Shown here one piece after another: positions 17,819-28,053 of a DNA stretch of 64,000 nucleotides. Source of the stretch: Candidatus Sericytochromatia bacterium. GTDB taxonomy: Bacteria > Cyanobacteriota > Sericytochromatia > S15B-MN24 > VGJW01. The DNA lies in assembly GCA_035285865.1 (NCBI GenBank), contig JAYKHS010000028.1:64001-128000 (forward strand). Reading direction: 5' to 3'. The position numbers and the translations under genes are program-made. Numbering within the stretch: the first letter of the stretch is position 1; the number at the start of each line of letters is the position of its first letter. Below the pieces are notes generated by a model. It did no database searches. It saw only the letters and a program-made list of their open reading frames with translations, and was not told the DNA's origin.

Positions 17819-19825
17819 GTGCATCGTCAAACCGTGCTGCAACGTCGACGTGTCGCCCGAGGACGGCACTTGCCCGTGGTCGCGGCCCTGCTCTGGGTCG
17901 CGGACCTCCCCGTTGCGCGCGCGGCACCCGGGCCTGTGGCTGGTCCCGTGGCGCCTGCCGTGCACGAACGCCTCGGGGAGCTGCGTCTGGTGGGGCTGGC
18001 CGGGGTTGTCCGCAGCAGGTTCAAGTTGTCGAATCCGGATCGCGAGGTCCTGGACCTGTTCGGTGTGCAGCCTCCTCCGGCCTACTGCGCCTCGCGCGTC
18101 TGGGAGGATGCTCGTGGCCGGGTGCTTTTGCGCAGCGGTTGGGATGCTGCGCTGCGCCGCTGGCGCTTCGTCCGTTCTGCCGGAGACGGCGCGGGTGCCG
18201 ACGTCGAGGATGCCGGCGGCACGTTGGTCTTCCGTGGGCCGGGGCTGCACGCCGCCCTGAAGGGTGCATTCGCCCCCGTGATGATGCGTCCGAATGGACG
18301 TACCGGTGCGACGGCCTCGGTCGGCGTTGCACCCGGCACGGCGACCGCCGGGACGCCGCGTCCGACGGGCCCTGCGGTCCCGACTGCGCCACCCGTTCGT
18401 CTGGTCACGCGGCCTTTCGACCCACCCGAGCCATTGGCAACATGGGGGCCGTTGCTGCCTCTGTGGCAACCCGCGCCCCGTGCATCCGTCCGACCGATCC
18501 CATCCGTGCGTCCTGCGAATCCGACACCTGCTCCCAGGCACTCAATGCTTCCGCCGGCGACGGCGGCCGTTGCTGTCGTCCTGCCACCGCTTCCGCTACC
18601 CCCGTTGCATGGCGTTCATCCTCGTCAGACCGTGCGGACTGGCCCGGAGTTGTTGGGCCCCTTCCTGCCGGCCATGTATCTCGGACCTCCGGTGCCCCGG
18701 GCCGTTGGGCAGCCAGCGGTCGGGGCTGCCGACGGTGGGCCGCATGGGCGTGCCCTTGCTGCAAACGGATCTTCTCGACCGGCGTGGGAAGTCGTCCGTC
18801 ACGGTACCGATGACGAGGGTGAACCGGATGTGCTGGCGCAGGCACCTTGGCCGCGGTCGCCGCAGCGCATCGAGCGACTGTCGCTCCGGAAGCAGCGCCA
18901 GGACACGGTCTTCGAGGTCGTGGCAGCCGGGGCGCTGACGGTCTGGATGGAGGCCCAGCCCCGTGACGCGCGCTGGATCCTGCGCTTCCCCAGGGCCGAA
19001 GTCCCGGCGGCCCCGCCACGTCCGCGCGGGGCGACGCGCCGACTTGCGCTCGGGCGCGACACGCGATCGTGGATACTCACGCTGGAACTGGATCCCGGCC
19101 AGTATGACGTCGAGGAGACGCGCATCAATGATGGTCGCGGCCTGCAATTGCGTTTCCATCGCCGCAGAACCGTGCCGGGGGATCGACCGGTGGTCGTGCT
19201 CGATCCGGGTCACGGCGGGGCGGACCCTGGTGCACGGGGCCCGATGGGGGTCACGGAGAGTCAGGTCACGCTCGACGTGTCCCGACGCCTGCGTCCCCTC
19301 CTGGAACATGCCGGCTTCCACGTGGTGCCCACCCGGACGATCGATGCCGCCGTTCGCCTCGGCGATCGCGCAGCACTTGCCGAAAGCCTGGACGCCACTG
19401 CCCTGATCAGCATCCATTGCAATTCCAGCCCGTTGCGCGAGGCCCGGGGCATCGAGACGTGGTTCCGCCACGAGGCCGGGTCGGGGCTCGCGCGCAAGGT
19501 GCACGAAGCGCTGGTCAAGGCCACGGGGCGTCCAGATCGAGGTGTCCGCCAGGGGCGTCTGATGGTGCTCAAGACGCCCGGCCTGCCGGGTGTCCTGGTG
19601 GAGATAGGGTTCCTGTCCCATCCCGACGAGGGCAACAGGCTCCTCGACGAGGAGCATCAGGCCCAGATGGCCGAGGGACTGGCACGCGGCCTTCGGCTGC
19701 TGGTCGAATCTGGCGAAGGAGCTGGAACCGTGGGGCGGCGGCGTCTACAGGACCAGCGAACTGGTGAGCCAAAGGTAGGAGCCCTTGGCATTCCCGAAAA
19801 GGCCCCCCACCGTCCCCGTGGCTAG
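17819..19825 (+). CDS. N-acetylmuramoyl-L-alanine amidase (Amidase_3) with long Pro-rich N-terminal region
   Basis: VVLDPGHGG, E, ISIHCN, VLVEIGFLS Zn-ligand motifs; signal-like LPVVAALLW..ARA; start uncertain. Confidence 0.85.
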   Translation: MHRQTVLQRRRVARGRHLPVVAALLWVADLPVARAAPGPVAGPVAPAVHERLGELRLVGLAGVVRSRFKLSNPDREVLDLFGVQPPPAYCASRVWEDARGRVLLRSGWDAALRRWRFVRSAGDGAGADVEDAGGTLVFRGPGLHAALKGAFAPVMMRPNGRTGATASVGVAPGTATAGTPRPTGPAVPTAPPVRLVTRPFDPPEPLATWGPLLPLWQPAPRASVRPIPSVRPANPTPAPRHSMLPPATAAVAVVLPPLPLPPLHGVHPRQTVRTGPELLGPFLPAMYLGPPVPRAVGQPAVGAADGGPHGRALAANGSSRPAWEVVRHGTDDEGEPDVLAQAPWPRSPQRIERLSLRKQRQDTVFEVVAAGALTVWMEAQPRDARWILRFPRAEVPAAPPRPRGATRRLALGRDTRSWILTLELDPGQYDVEETRINDGRGLQLRFHRRRTVPGDRPVVVLDPGHGGADPGARGPMGVTESQVTLDVSRRLRPLLEHAGFHVVPTRTIDAAVRLGDRAALAESLDATALISIHCNSSPLREARGIETWFRHEAGSGLARKVHEALVKATGRPDRGVRQGRLMVLKTPGLPGVLVEIGFLSHPDEGNRLLDEEHQAQMAEGLARGLRLLVESGEGAGTVGRRRLQDQRTGEPKVGALGIPEKAPHRPRG

Positions 19826-21157
19826 ATCCAGCCTGAAGAAGCGCAGATCCAATCCGAGGCCCACGCCACCCATCGGATAGGCACCGCCGAGGCGGACACC
19901 GGTGCGCAGGGCCAGCCAGCGTCCCAGCGGCCGGCCTTCGAGGCCCATGGATACCTGAGGGTTGCGTGAGACCCCGAAGCCCTCGCCAAGTCCCTGGGAA
20001 AGATCCATGGCGAAGCTGTAGGGAGACCGGGCATCTCCGAGAATGTCCGACAGCCTGCCGCGCAGGCCGAGGTCGCCTTCCCAGGCGAGGCCACCGCGCA
20101 GCAGCAGTGGCACGGTGACCGTTCGCCGAGCTTCACCGTCTCGTGAGCCGATTCCGTACTGCGTGACGTCCGAAAAGTCCGGGGCCTTGGGCGTGCCGCC
20201 CGAGAGGTCCAGCCCCAGGGTGGTCGGCGGCAGGACCAGGTCGACGGTCTTGTCCGTCCAAGGGCCTGCCTGCAAGGTGCTGCCGATGTTCGCTGCCATG
20301 ACGCTCCACGTGACGTTGTCATTCCAGCGATTGGCGAAGCCGATGTCGAACAGCAGGCTTTCCTGCGGCCGGGGTGGCGCGATGGCCGTCGGTGCGGAGA
20401 GCACGCCTTCGTAGCGGAGGTGACCATTGGCTGACAGACGTCCCTCCTCGTCGACCGTAAGGGCAGAACCCGAGGCCTCCGTGACGGAAGCAAATGCCAT
20501 CGCCGGGATATAGCGCGCCGTGATCCCCAGGGACGAGGCCTTGCCCAAGCCCAGGGGCAGGGGAATGGCGTGCGAGACGGCGACATTCGCGACGCCGTAG
20601 GCTGCTGCCCCCTGCAAGCCGGCGAGCGGAATCGAGGAGGCGTTGGCGTTGCCACGCAGGAGGAGGTCGACGAGCCCTCGGGGAATGCCGATGTTGCGGA
20701 TGCTGGTGTCGAGGGTGGCCGAGATGCCGGTGCGGAGGAACGGACTGGCAACGGCGACGCGCACCCCGCCATCCCCGATCAGGCCCACGCCTTCTTCGGG
20801 GAGACCGGCAGCGAACGTGGCCCATTCCGCCTCTGTGAACGTGCGGCGCTTGCCATCAGCATCCGGCAGCAGGGTGCGCAGCGTGTCGAAGGAGGCAAAG
20901 GTGTTGCCTAATCCGGCGCCGACGCTGGAACTGAACAGCAGGAAATTGCCCGGCGCGCGCCGAGGCATGGCCAGCAGGGCAGGGTTCCACAGGCCTTGAT
21001 CGGCTTCGTCCGCGATGGCGGATTGGGCGCCACCCATGCCCATCGCCCTTGCCGTGCTGCTGCCTGAGGCTGAGGCCGGGTTCGCCAGGCCGGCAAGGCT
21101 CAGCAGGGCGAGGCCAAGGCCGGCCACGACGGGCTTGCGGTTGCGCAAGGGCATCAT
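19745..21157 (-). CDS. outer-membrane beta-barrel protein (FadL/TraF/DUF5723-like)
   Basis: signal peptide then ARAMGMGGA..A.....LWNPALLA; amphipathic strands at C-terminus. Confidence 0.7.
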   Translation of the reverse strand: MMPLRNRKPVVAGLGLALLSLAGLANPASASGSSTARAMGMGGAQSAIADEADQGLWNPALLAMPRRAPGNFLLFSSSVGAGLGNTFASFDTLRTLLPDADGKRRTFTEAEWATFAAGLPEEGVGLIGDGGVRVAVASPFLRTGISATLDTSIRNIGIPRGLVDLLLRGNANASSIPLAGLQGAAAYGVANVAVSHAIPLPLGLGKASSLGITARYIPAMAFASVTEASGSALTVDEEGRLSANGHLRYEGVLSAPTAIAPPRPQESLLFDIGFANRWNDNVTWSVMAANIGSTLQAGPWTDKTVDLVLPPTTLGLDLSGGTPKAPDFSDVTQYGIGSRDGEARRTVTVPLLLRGGLAWEGDLGLRGRLSDILGDARSPYSFAMDLSQGLGEGFGVSRNPQVSMGLEGRPLGRWLALRTGVRLGGAYPMGGVGLGLDLRFFRLDLATGTVGGLFGNAKGSYLWLTSSLVL

Positions 21158-23604
21158 CGGGCACCTCCCGAGGCCTTGAGCAGCTCGGGTGACAGGAGGA
21201 CGCCGAGGTAGGCCTTGAGGCGGAGGCGCAACTCTGCCGAGTTCCGGATCTCGAGTGCTTGGCCGTTGCTTCCCGACGAAACCGCACGGATGCTCAGGTT
21301 ACGGATGTCCGGCAGCGCGGCCACCTCGTCCGGTCCGAGATCCAACAGCGACACCGCCGTACTGCCGTCCGCGCTACCTAGGCGCAGCGTCCGCGAAAAC
21401 GCCGCGCTGCCGTCCTGTTTCAGAAAGTCCAACAGGATGTCGATGGGCAGGCCCCAGCCGTTGTCGATGCGGAACTCGAGCGACACGCGGCGTAGATGCT
21501 TGCGCAACTGGTCCAGCGTCGTGGCGTCCAAGCTGGCGGACAGGTCGAGCGGGCTGGTCGAGGCCGGCGGCCCGGGCCGCTGTCTGCCGGGGCCGAACTC
21601 GTTGTAGCGCAGGGCCAGTGGCATGGCCAGCTTCAGGGAACCGCCCATCCGGTCGGCACGGGTCAGGCGCACGGAGGCCCCCTCCCCCACGAGGAGGCGG
21701 GAGTTGATGCGCAGTTCATCGATGCCCAGCGCGATCAAGTCCAGCAGGTCGGTGTTCCGTTCGTTCAGTTCCAGGACCGTGGATTGCGTGGCCGCAGGCG
21801 CACCGGCAGCGAATGCCCCGTCGAAGGCGTCGGGTCCGGTCGTCTCGAAGCGGACGGAGGCTGTCGCCGGGCAGCCGTTGCTGCCGGGAAAGAGGTCCGC
21901 ACAAGTCTGGGCCGAGGCCGAAGCCGAGATGCTCGCTTCGAGGCGTGGGTCGAACCGTCCGACGATGCCACTGGCATTGTCGAGGCGGACTTGCATCGTG
22001 AAACGCCCCGGCAGGATGCCGTAATCAAGGAAGTCCGAGGGCAGAGCGATGGGTGCTTGCGCCGGTACGGCCTCGGTTCTGTCGATCTTCGCCTGCAAGG
22101 TCGTGATGCCGATAGGCGAAAGCGAGACCGTGCCCGACGCTTCCTGGCTGGTGACGAGGGTTGCGGGCACCCGGACGCCGCCGCGAAGGTGACTGCGGTC
22201 TGCCGTCGTGGCCAGAAGGTTCACCTGGGCCGCGATGGCGATGCCCTTGATGGGCGTGCCTTGGTCATCCGTCAGGGCCCGGGGACGCATCTTCGTGCCG
22301 GCGAGGTCCAGCGTCCACGTGACGGTCTGTCGTGCGTTGATGCCGAGGCGCAGGCCGCCGCCCGGCAGCGTGCTCGAGGGAGGGGCAGTGCCCGCATCGA
22401 CCGTGGCTCGGGCCGACGTGAGGTTTTCGAGACCCTCGAATGTCAGGTCCAGGTCCAGATCGGCATCGAGGCCGTTGGCCATCGTCAGCCGCAGCGAGCC
22501 CGAGGCGAGGTCGACTTCCTCCAGGTCCAGGATGCCCTGGTCCTGCGGCAGCTGAGCAGCGATGTCGACGGCCTTGCGGATGGCCTGCTTCAAGGCGTCG
22601 GGAGTCGGGAATCGCGGTGAACCGGCGTCATTGCGGCCCATCGCGGGCAGGTTCACGTCCACCTCGTCGGGCAAGATGGTCACGGCCGTCGTGCCCACGG
22701 CAAACGAACCGTTGTCGAGGTCGATGTCTCCGATGCGTGTGCCCACCGGCACCGTGCCGCTGATCCGGACGGCCATAGAAAGGGGGGGCAGGAGCTCACC
22801 GGTCAACGGCATGGTGACGTTCGCCGCGCTCTTGGCTCCGATGGCACGCACTACGCGTTGCAACTCCGTGCCGGCCCTGTCCGTCAGCACCATGGTCAAG
22901 TTCGCGTTCGTGACTGTGTCGTTGGTGATGGGGATGACCAGCTCGGAACCTGCTTTGAGGCGCATCGCCACGACTTCCGGGGGCATCTCGACCGGAATGC
23001 GGGTGGTGGGGCTGGGCCCGAAGGCCAGTTCGGGCACAGTCACATTGGTGAGGAGAGGGTTTGCCAAGGCCGTCGCGAGCGGGATGTTCACGGGGCCGGC
23101 GATGGGATCCACGACGGGAATGTTCACGTTGCCGAGGCCCGTGTCTGCGAGAAGGATTGGAGCTGGGGCAGGCACGGTCGTGCTCAGGTCCGGCAGATTG
23201 ATGGGCGCGGACGGGATGTCGAAGCTGAGCGGGATGGGGATGTCCTTGTCGAGGAACGTGCCGAGTTCGACGGGTCCGAAGGTGGCCACCTCGGAAGCGT
23301 AGGTCGGAACGTCGTTGGAGTCCGTCGACCAGGAGCTGGCAGCCGGACCCTTGGCAAGTGACTTCTGGAAGACCAGGTCCCCGAAAGTGGCCTTCGTGTC
23401 GCCGAGTTGCACCGTCAGGGCCACGGGGAAGTCCGGCAGTGCCGACAGGAAGTCAGGGGAGGACTTGCCCTCGCTGTCGGTGGTCTTCGGGATGCGATCC
23501 GCCAGGTACAGCACGTCCTGAATGCCGCAGCCGGCGAGCACCATCGCGAGTGCGGAGGCAGCGGTCAGGAGGGACGGGCTCTGGCGCAAGCAGGGATCCT
23601 CCAT
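21154..23604 (-). CDS. large beta-rich lipoprotein of unknown function
   Basis: lipobox VLAGC; ~810 aa; ATG 23604 or TTG 23589 (GGAGG SD precedes the TTG); overlaps the barrel start. Confidence 0.75.
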   Translation of the reverse strand: MEDPCLRQSPSLLTAASALAMVLAGCGIQDVLYLADRIPKTTDSEGKSSPDFLSALPDFPVALTVQLGDTKATFGDLVFQKSLAKGPAASSWSTDSNDVPTYASEVATFGPVELGTFLDKDIPIPLSFDIPSAPINLPDLSTTVPAPAPILLADTGLGNVNIPVVDPIAGPVNIPLATALANPLLTNVTVPELAFGPSPTTRIPVEMPPEVVAMRLKAGSELVIPITNDTVTNANLTMVLTDRAGTELQRVVRAIGAKSAANVTMPLTGELLPPLSMAVRISGTVPVGTRIGDIDLDNGSFAVGTTAVTILPDEVDVNLPAMGRNDAGSPRFPTPDALKQAIRKAVDIAAQLPQDQGILDLEEVDLASGSLRLTMANGLDADLDLDLTFEGLENLTSARATVDAGTAPPSSTLPGGGLRLGINARQTVTWTLDLAGTKMRPRALTDDQGTPIKGIAIAAQVNLLATTADRSHLRGGVRVPATLVTSQEASGTVSLSPIGITTLQAKIDRTEAVPAQAPIALPSDFLDYGILPGRFTMQVRLDNASGIVGRFDPRLEASISASASAQTCADLFPGSNGCPATASVRFETTGPDAFDGAFAAGAPAATQSTVLELNERNTDLLDLIALGIDELRINSRLLVGEGASVRLTRADRMGGSLKLAMPLALRYNEFGPGRQRPGPPASTSPLDLSASLDATTLDQLRKHLRRVSLEFRIDNGWGLPIDILLDFLKQDGSAAFSRTLRLGSADGSTAVSLLDLGPDEVAALPDIRNLSIRAVSSGSNGQALEIRNSAELRLRLKAYLGVLLSPELLKASGGAR

Positions 23605-23624
23605 CGTGCTACCATCGGTGCACC

Positions 23625-24596
23625 ATGATAGATCACGGGGACGGACCGTTCCTTCCTGCCGATTGGGAGGCGGGCTGGCAGGTCTGGCTGCGTGCCGCAT
23701 TGTGGCAGCGGGCCGTTGCGGAACAGGGCGCAGGGGATGCCGCCCGTCGGGCTGTCCTCCAGCGGCAGGTCCCCGATGTCGCGCCCCTCGTCTCGGCGGA
23801 CTGGGTCGGCGCTTTTGCGGGCACGGGCTCCGCGCCTCCCTGGCCGGGCGGCTTGCCCGAGAAGCTTGCCGGGATGCTTGAGGAGCTCGAGGCTGCCCTG
23901 CTGCGGATCGGTTTCTGCGAGGTGCCCTCGGCCTACATGGCCTGGTTGGACCCGGGCTGGGGCGCGTGGCCGCCGGCGGCGCTTGCGCCGCGCCCTGTGG
24001 AGCGCGACGAGACCGGCTTCGTGCCGTTGCCCGTCGGTGAGGTCGCGCTGCCCCTTGCCTGGCCTGCGGCCATCGCGTCGGTGGGCCAGCCCGTGGGAGG
24101 TTGTCCGCCCAGGGACTGGTCTGCATTGCTCCTGCTGGCGCGGTCACTGCGCCGCGCCCGGGCCGGGATGCCGGCCGTCCTGGACCTCGGGGAAGAGTTC
24201 CCCCGTGGCGCTGTCGTTGCCGGAGTGGCCGAGCGGTTGCATGAAGGTCTGCTGGCCTCGGCCCTGCCCGTCTCCGCGTTGGCCGACGTCAGGGCCGGAA
24301 TCGGAGCCCTGGGTGACGGAGCGGTGCTTCGCGGAGGTGCGCTTTATGCGGTCCTCGACGGCTTGCGTGAGGAGCCCGTGATGCCCTGGGAGCTCCAAGC
24401 GGGTGCTTGGCTGGCCTTTCGCACCATGAGGGCTGGATGGTCGGCCCAGGCCCTTGCGCATGCCGGAAGCCCGGCCGAGGCCACCGAACGCCTGGGAGCG
24501 ATGGTCGGGGCCTTCATGGAGCTCGTGCGCAAGTCCCTGGAGACGGCTGCGCTGCATCGCCTGTTGCGGGATGCCGTGCCCGGGAGGCCCGCATGA
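23625..24596 (+). CDS. hypothetical protein
   Basis: Trp/Ala-rich helical ORF; ATGA overlap with dcd. Confidence 0.6.
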   Translation: MIDHGDGPFLPADWEAGWQVWLRAALWQRAVAEQGAGDAARRAVLQRQVPDVAPLVSADWVGAFAGTGSAPPWPGGLPEKLAGMLEELEAALLRIGFCEVPSAYMAWLDPGWGAWPPAALAPRPVERDETGFVPLPVGEVALPLAWPAAIASVGQPVGGCPPRDWSALLLLARSLRRARAGMPAVLDLGEEFPRGAVVAGVAERLHEGLLASALPVSALADVRAGIGALGDGAVLRGGALYAVLDGLREEPVMPWELQAGAWLAFRTMRAGWSAQALAHAGSPAEATERLGAMVGAFMELVRKSLETAALHRLLRDAVPGRPA

Positions 24597-25213
24597 TTCT
24601 GAACGAGCGGGACCTGCTCGAGCGCCTGACGACGTCGGATGAGCATCGGCGCGTGGTGGTCACGCCCATCATCGAGCCGCGCGAGCAATTCGGTCCTACA
24701 TCTCTGGACATCCGCCTCGGCACCGACTTCAAGGTGGTCGACGTAGCCAATCTGACCCATCTGGACCCGGCCCGGACCATGGCCGACGAGCCCGTGCCCA
24801 TGCGGGCCTACGAGGTGCGTCCGGGCAAGGCGTTCATCCTGCATCCGGGCGAGTTCGCGCTGGGGGCGAGTCTCGAGTTCGTGCGCATCCCCGAGGATAT
24901 TTCCGTCCGGGTCGAGGGGCGCTCGAGCTGGGGGCGGCTCGGCCTGCTCATTCACGCCACGGCGGGCTTCGTGGACCCCGGATTTTCGGGCAGCATCACC
25001 TTCGAACTCAACAACATCAGCCGAGTGCCCATCGCCCTGTACCCCGGCGTCCGCATTGCCCAGCTCTGCTTCTTCGAAGGACGTCCCACAGGCCTTCCAT
25101 ACGATCGCAAGACTTACACCAAGTACTCGGGCAAGACCGGCGCCTATGGCTCGAATGTCCATCGGGATCCGGAATATGCCCGGTTTCGTGATGCGGGGCC
25201 GGCCACGCCGTGA
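24593..25213 (+). CDS. dcd: dCTP deaminase
   Basis: SLDIRLG, EGRSSWGRLGL, ATAGFVDPGFSG, RIAQL. Confidence 0.95.
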   Translation: MILNERDLLERLTTSDEHRRVVVTPIIEPREQFGPTSLDIRLGTDFKVVDVANLTHLDPARTMADEPVPMRAYEVRPGKAFILHPGEFALGASLEFVRIPEDISVRVEGRSSWGRLGLLIHATAGFVDPGFSGSITFELNNISRVPIALYPGVRIAQLCFFEGRPTGLPYDRKTYTKYSGKTGAYGSNVHRDPEYARFRDAGPATP

Positions 25214-28053
25214 GGCCGCCTGTCCCCTGGCTGGTGCTTGCGGGGCTGCTGAGCGCGTTGGTGGCACCCGTCGCCCGGGCAGCCAATCGTCCGGTTGTCG
25301 GACTGCCGAACGGGGGGATTTCGCGCGTGAGGCATGAGGCCACCGAGGGAATTTCAGTCGCGCGCCTGCCCAGTGGCCTGACGCTCGTCCACAAGCGGAT
25401 GCCCTCCCGGGACCTTGTCGCCGTGAGTGCGTGGGTGCATGTGGGCAGTCGTCATGAGGATCCGGTCCAGGCCGGAATCAGCCATGACCTCGAACATCTG
25501 CTCTCTCGAGGCACGAAGAAGCGGCGCGAGCTCGAGGACCGTCTCGAGATCTTTTCGATGGGCGGTCTCCACGGCGCAGATACCTTCTATGACCGCACCA
25601 CCTACCACGCCGTGGTGCCGCAGGCCGGATTCCCGGCGGCCCTCGATGCGCTGGCGGACAGCCTGAGCAACCCCCTCTTTCCTGAAGAGGGGATCGCCAA
25701 GGAGCGCAAGGTGGTCGGCGAGGAAATCGCGCGTATGGTCGACCGTCCCGAGACCGCATCCTGGCGAGCTTCCTGGGCACTTGCCTTTGGTCGTCATCCT
25801 TATGGTAGGCCCGTCATCGGCGAGCTGGCGAACCTGGAAGGGCTGGACCGGGAGGATTTCGTGTCCCATCACCGGCGCTGGTACCGACCCGCCAACATGG
25901 TGGTGGTCGTGGCCGGACCCTTGCCCTTTGCCGAGGTCGTGGCCGAGCTGGCCCGTCAGTTTCCCCCCGAAGAGGCTGCTCAGCCTGCCCTGCCGGCTGA
26001 GGCCACTCCTTCCTGGTCCTTCCGTGGCTTTCAGAGCCTTCGGCAGGTCCAGGATGTTCCCGAGCCATCTCTCGACGCGGTCGTGGTCGTGCCGGGGGTG
26101 CGCCATCCGGATCGCTGGGCGCTCGAGTTGCTGGCTGCCCTGATGGGTGGGGATGGCGGTGCGACGCTATGGCAGGAGCTCGTGGTGGGAGATGGCAAGC
26201 CCGCGACGTCGGCATGGTCGGGCTTGCAGTTGCTGGAGCAGCACGGGGTCCTCTGGTGCTCCGTTCGGCCGCGCGCGTCGGCCGAGGCCCCCCGCGCCGA
26301 GGCTGCCTTGTGGACGGCCATGGCCCGATATCGCGATACCCTGCCGGACCCGAAGGTCCTTGCGGGCTGGAAGGAGTCGCTCCGGCGAGCGCGGAGCATG
26401 GAGCGGGAGACGCCCTTGGGCCTCGCGCGCTGGCTGGGGGAGGCAGCTGTGCTCGGCAGCCTCGATTCGGGCCTCGAGGATGTACGCCGGTTGGATGCCG
26501 TGACCCCCGAGGACATCCGCCGCGTAGCCCGCAGATACTTGCGTCGGGACAACCTGACGCTCGTGCTGACGATGCCGGCTGCCCGTGCCGGCGATGCCGG
26601 CGAGGATCCGGCGGCGACTGCAGCCGCGGCCCGGCAGCTGGCCTTGCTCGAGCCGTCCGATGATGCTGAGGGGGCTGCGACGATCTGGGCCGAGACGGCA
26701 CCGTGGACGGCTGCCAGGGAGCGGAAAGCCGAGACGACGTCCGCGTCTGTTCTCGCTGCGCCGGAAGTCCGGCGGCATGTCCTCGCCAATGGTCTGGTCG
26801 TTCTGCATGAGCGACGTCCGGGCGTCGAGATGGCTGGGTTTTCTCTGCAGATCCGGGGGGGAGCGGCGGATGACGCACCCGAGGAAGCAGGTGCCTCGGC
26901 CCTGCTGGGCGAGGTCTTGCAAGAGGGGACTGTCCGTCTGGATCAGGCAGCATTGGCCGCTGCCTGGCGACGTCTCGGCAATGCGTGGAGCATCGGGGCG
27001 GACCGCGAGTCATTGGCCGTCGGCGCATCCGTACTTGGCGAGGATCTGCCCGAGGCACTGGGTCTGGCGCTCGAGGTGGTGACGACGCCGCGACTTGAGC
27101 CGGCTGGCCTCGCCCGGGCCAAGGATCGTCTGCGCGACCGTATGGATCGCGAGCGGGAAGACCCGGCAATCCGTGCGGGAAGGGCCCTGATCGAGGTCGT
27201 CTGGGGGGACGGACCCTACGGCCTGCCCGTGTCCGGAACGCCCGAGGCCCTCGCCGCTGCCACCCCGGAGCGTTTGCGGGCGTTGCTTGCGCAGCGCGCC
27301 ATCCCCACGGGGTGCGTGCTCTCTATCGTGGATGGGCGTTCGTGGGCAGAGTTGGCGCCCTTGTTGGCAAAGCACGCCGCGTGGACTCCCGCTCGGGATG
27401 GCGTCTCCGCGGCCGATGCAGCCCCCGTCCCGCCCCGGGTGCCCGTGGCACCGCTGGCGCCGGCATTGGTCAAGCGCCGTACGTTGCATGTGCCCCTCGA
27501 TCGGCAGCAGGTCCATGTGGCCGTCGGTTTTCCCTTGCCTGCAGCCGGGCATCCCGATGCGCTCGCGCTACGGGTGCTGGTCGGTGGCCTCGCGTTCGAC
27601 GGGTTCGTGGATCTGGTCTATCGGAAGCCTCTGGCCTACAGCACCGGAGGGGGCGCCACCCTGCTCGGGCGGGCGGGACTGGCCCAGTTGACGTTGGCGA
27701 CCCGTGCAGACGGAGTGGACGAGGCTGTTCGGGAGTTGGTGACACGCTGGCAGCGCGCGGCGCGCGAGGGGCTGTCTCCGGAATCCTTCCGCAGGGCCAG
27801 GGTCCGCCTTGAAGGTGGCCTCGCGCTCAGGGACCAGCAGGCCGGCCAGGCAGCCGCCGCCCGGGCCACCTGGTATCGGCAGGGCCTCGGGGAAGACGAG
27901 CTTGCGGCGACGCGTGCAGAGTTGGCTCGGGTCGACGAGGCGACGGTGCGTCGTGTCGCCAGGACCTGGCTCGTTCCCGGTCGGATGGTCGTGGCCGTTG
28001 CCGGACCCGTTGCCCCTCGGGGCAGCAAGGGTCCGAAAGCCGCGCACCCCTAG
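25210..28053 (+). CDS. M16 (pitrilysin-family) zinc peptidase, fused two-module form
   Basis: signal peptide; VGSRHE, HxxEH (HDLEH), HPYGRPVIG, WYRPANM; second half lacks HxxEH. Confidence 0.92.
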   Translation: MRPPVPWLVLAGLLSALVAPVARAANRPVVGLPNGGISRVRHEATEGISVARLPSGLTLVHKRMPSRDLVAVSAWVHVGSRHEDPVQAGISHDLEHLLSRGTKKRRELEDRLEIFSMGGLHGADTFYDRTTYHAVVPQAGFPAALDALADSLSNPLFPEEGIAKERKVVGEEIARMVDRPETASWRASWALAFGRHPYGRPVIGELANLEGLDREDFVSHHRRWYRPANMVVVVAGPLPFAEVVAELARQFPPEEAAQPALPAEATPSWSFRGFQSLRQVQDVPEPSLDAVVVVPGVRHPDRWALELLAALMGGDGGATLWQELVVGDGKPATSAWSGLQLLEQHGVLWCSVRPRASAEAPRAEAALWTAMARYRDTLPDPKVLAGWKESLRRARSMERETPLGLARWLGEAAVLGSLDSGLEDVRRLDAVTPEDIRRVARRYLRRDNLTLVLTMPAARAGDAGEDPAATAAAARQLALLEPSDDAEGAATIWAETAPWTAARERKAETTSASVLAAPEVRRHVLANGLVVLHERRPGVEMAGFSLQIRGGAADDAPEEAGASALLGEVLQEGTVRLDQAALAAAWRRLGNAWSIGADRESLAVGASVLGEDLPEALGLALEVVTTPRLEPAGLARAKDRLRDRMDREREDPAIRAGRALIEVVWGDGPYGLPVSGTPEALAAATPERLRALLAQRAIPTGCVLSIVDGRSWAELAPLLAKHAAWTPARDGVSAADAAPVPPRVPVAPLAPALVKRRTLHVPLDRQQVHVAVGFPLPAAGHPDALALRVLVGGLAFDGFVDLVYRKPLAYSTGGGATLLGRAGLAQLTLATRADGVDEAVRELVTRWQRAAREGLSPESFRRARVRLEGGLALRDQQAGQAAAARATWYRQGLGEDELAATRAELARVDEATVRRVARTWLVPGRMVVAVAGPVAPRGSKGPKAAHP

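Noticed and set aside
23605..24147. N-terminal extension of the 997-aa ORF
   Set aside because: Arg/Pro-rich shadow of the divergent gene; lipobox and SD place the start at 23589-23604.
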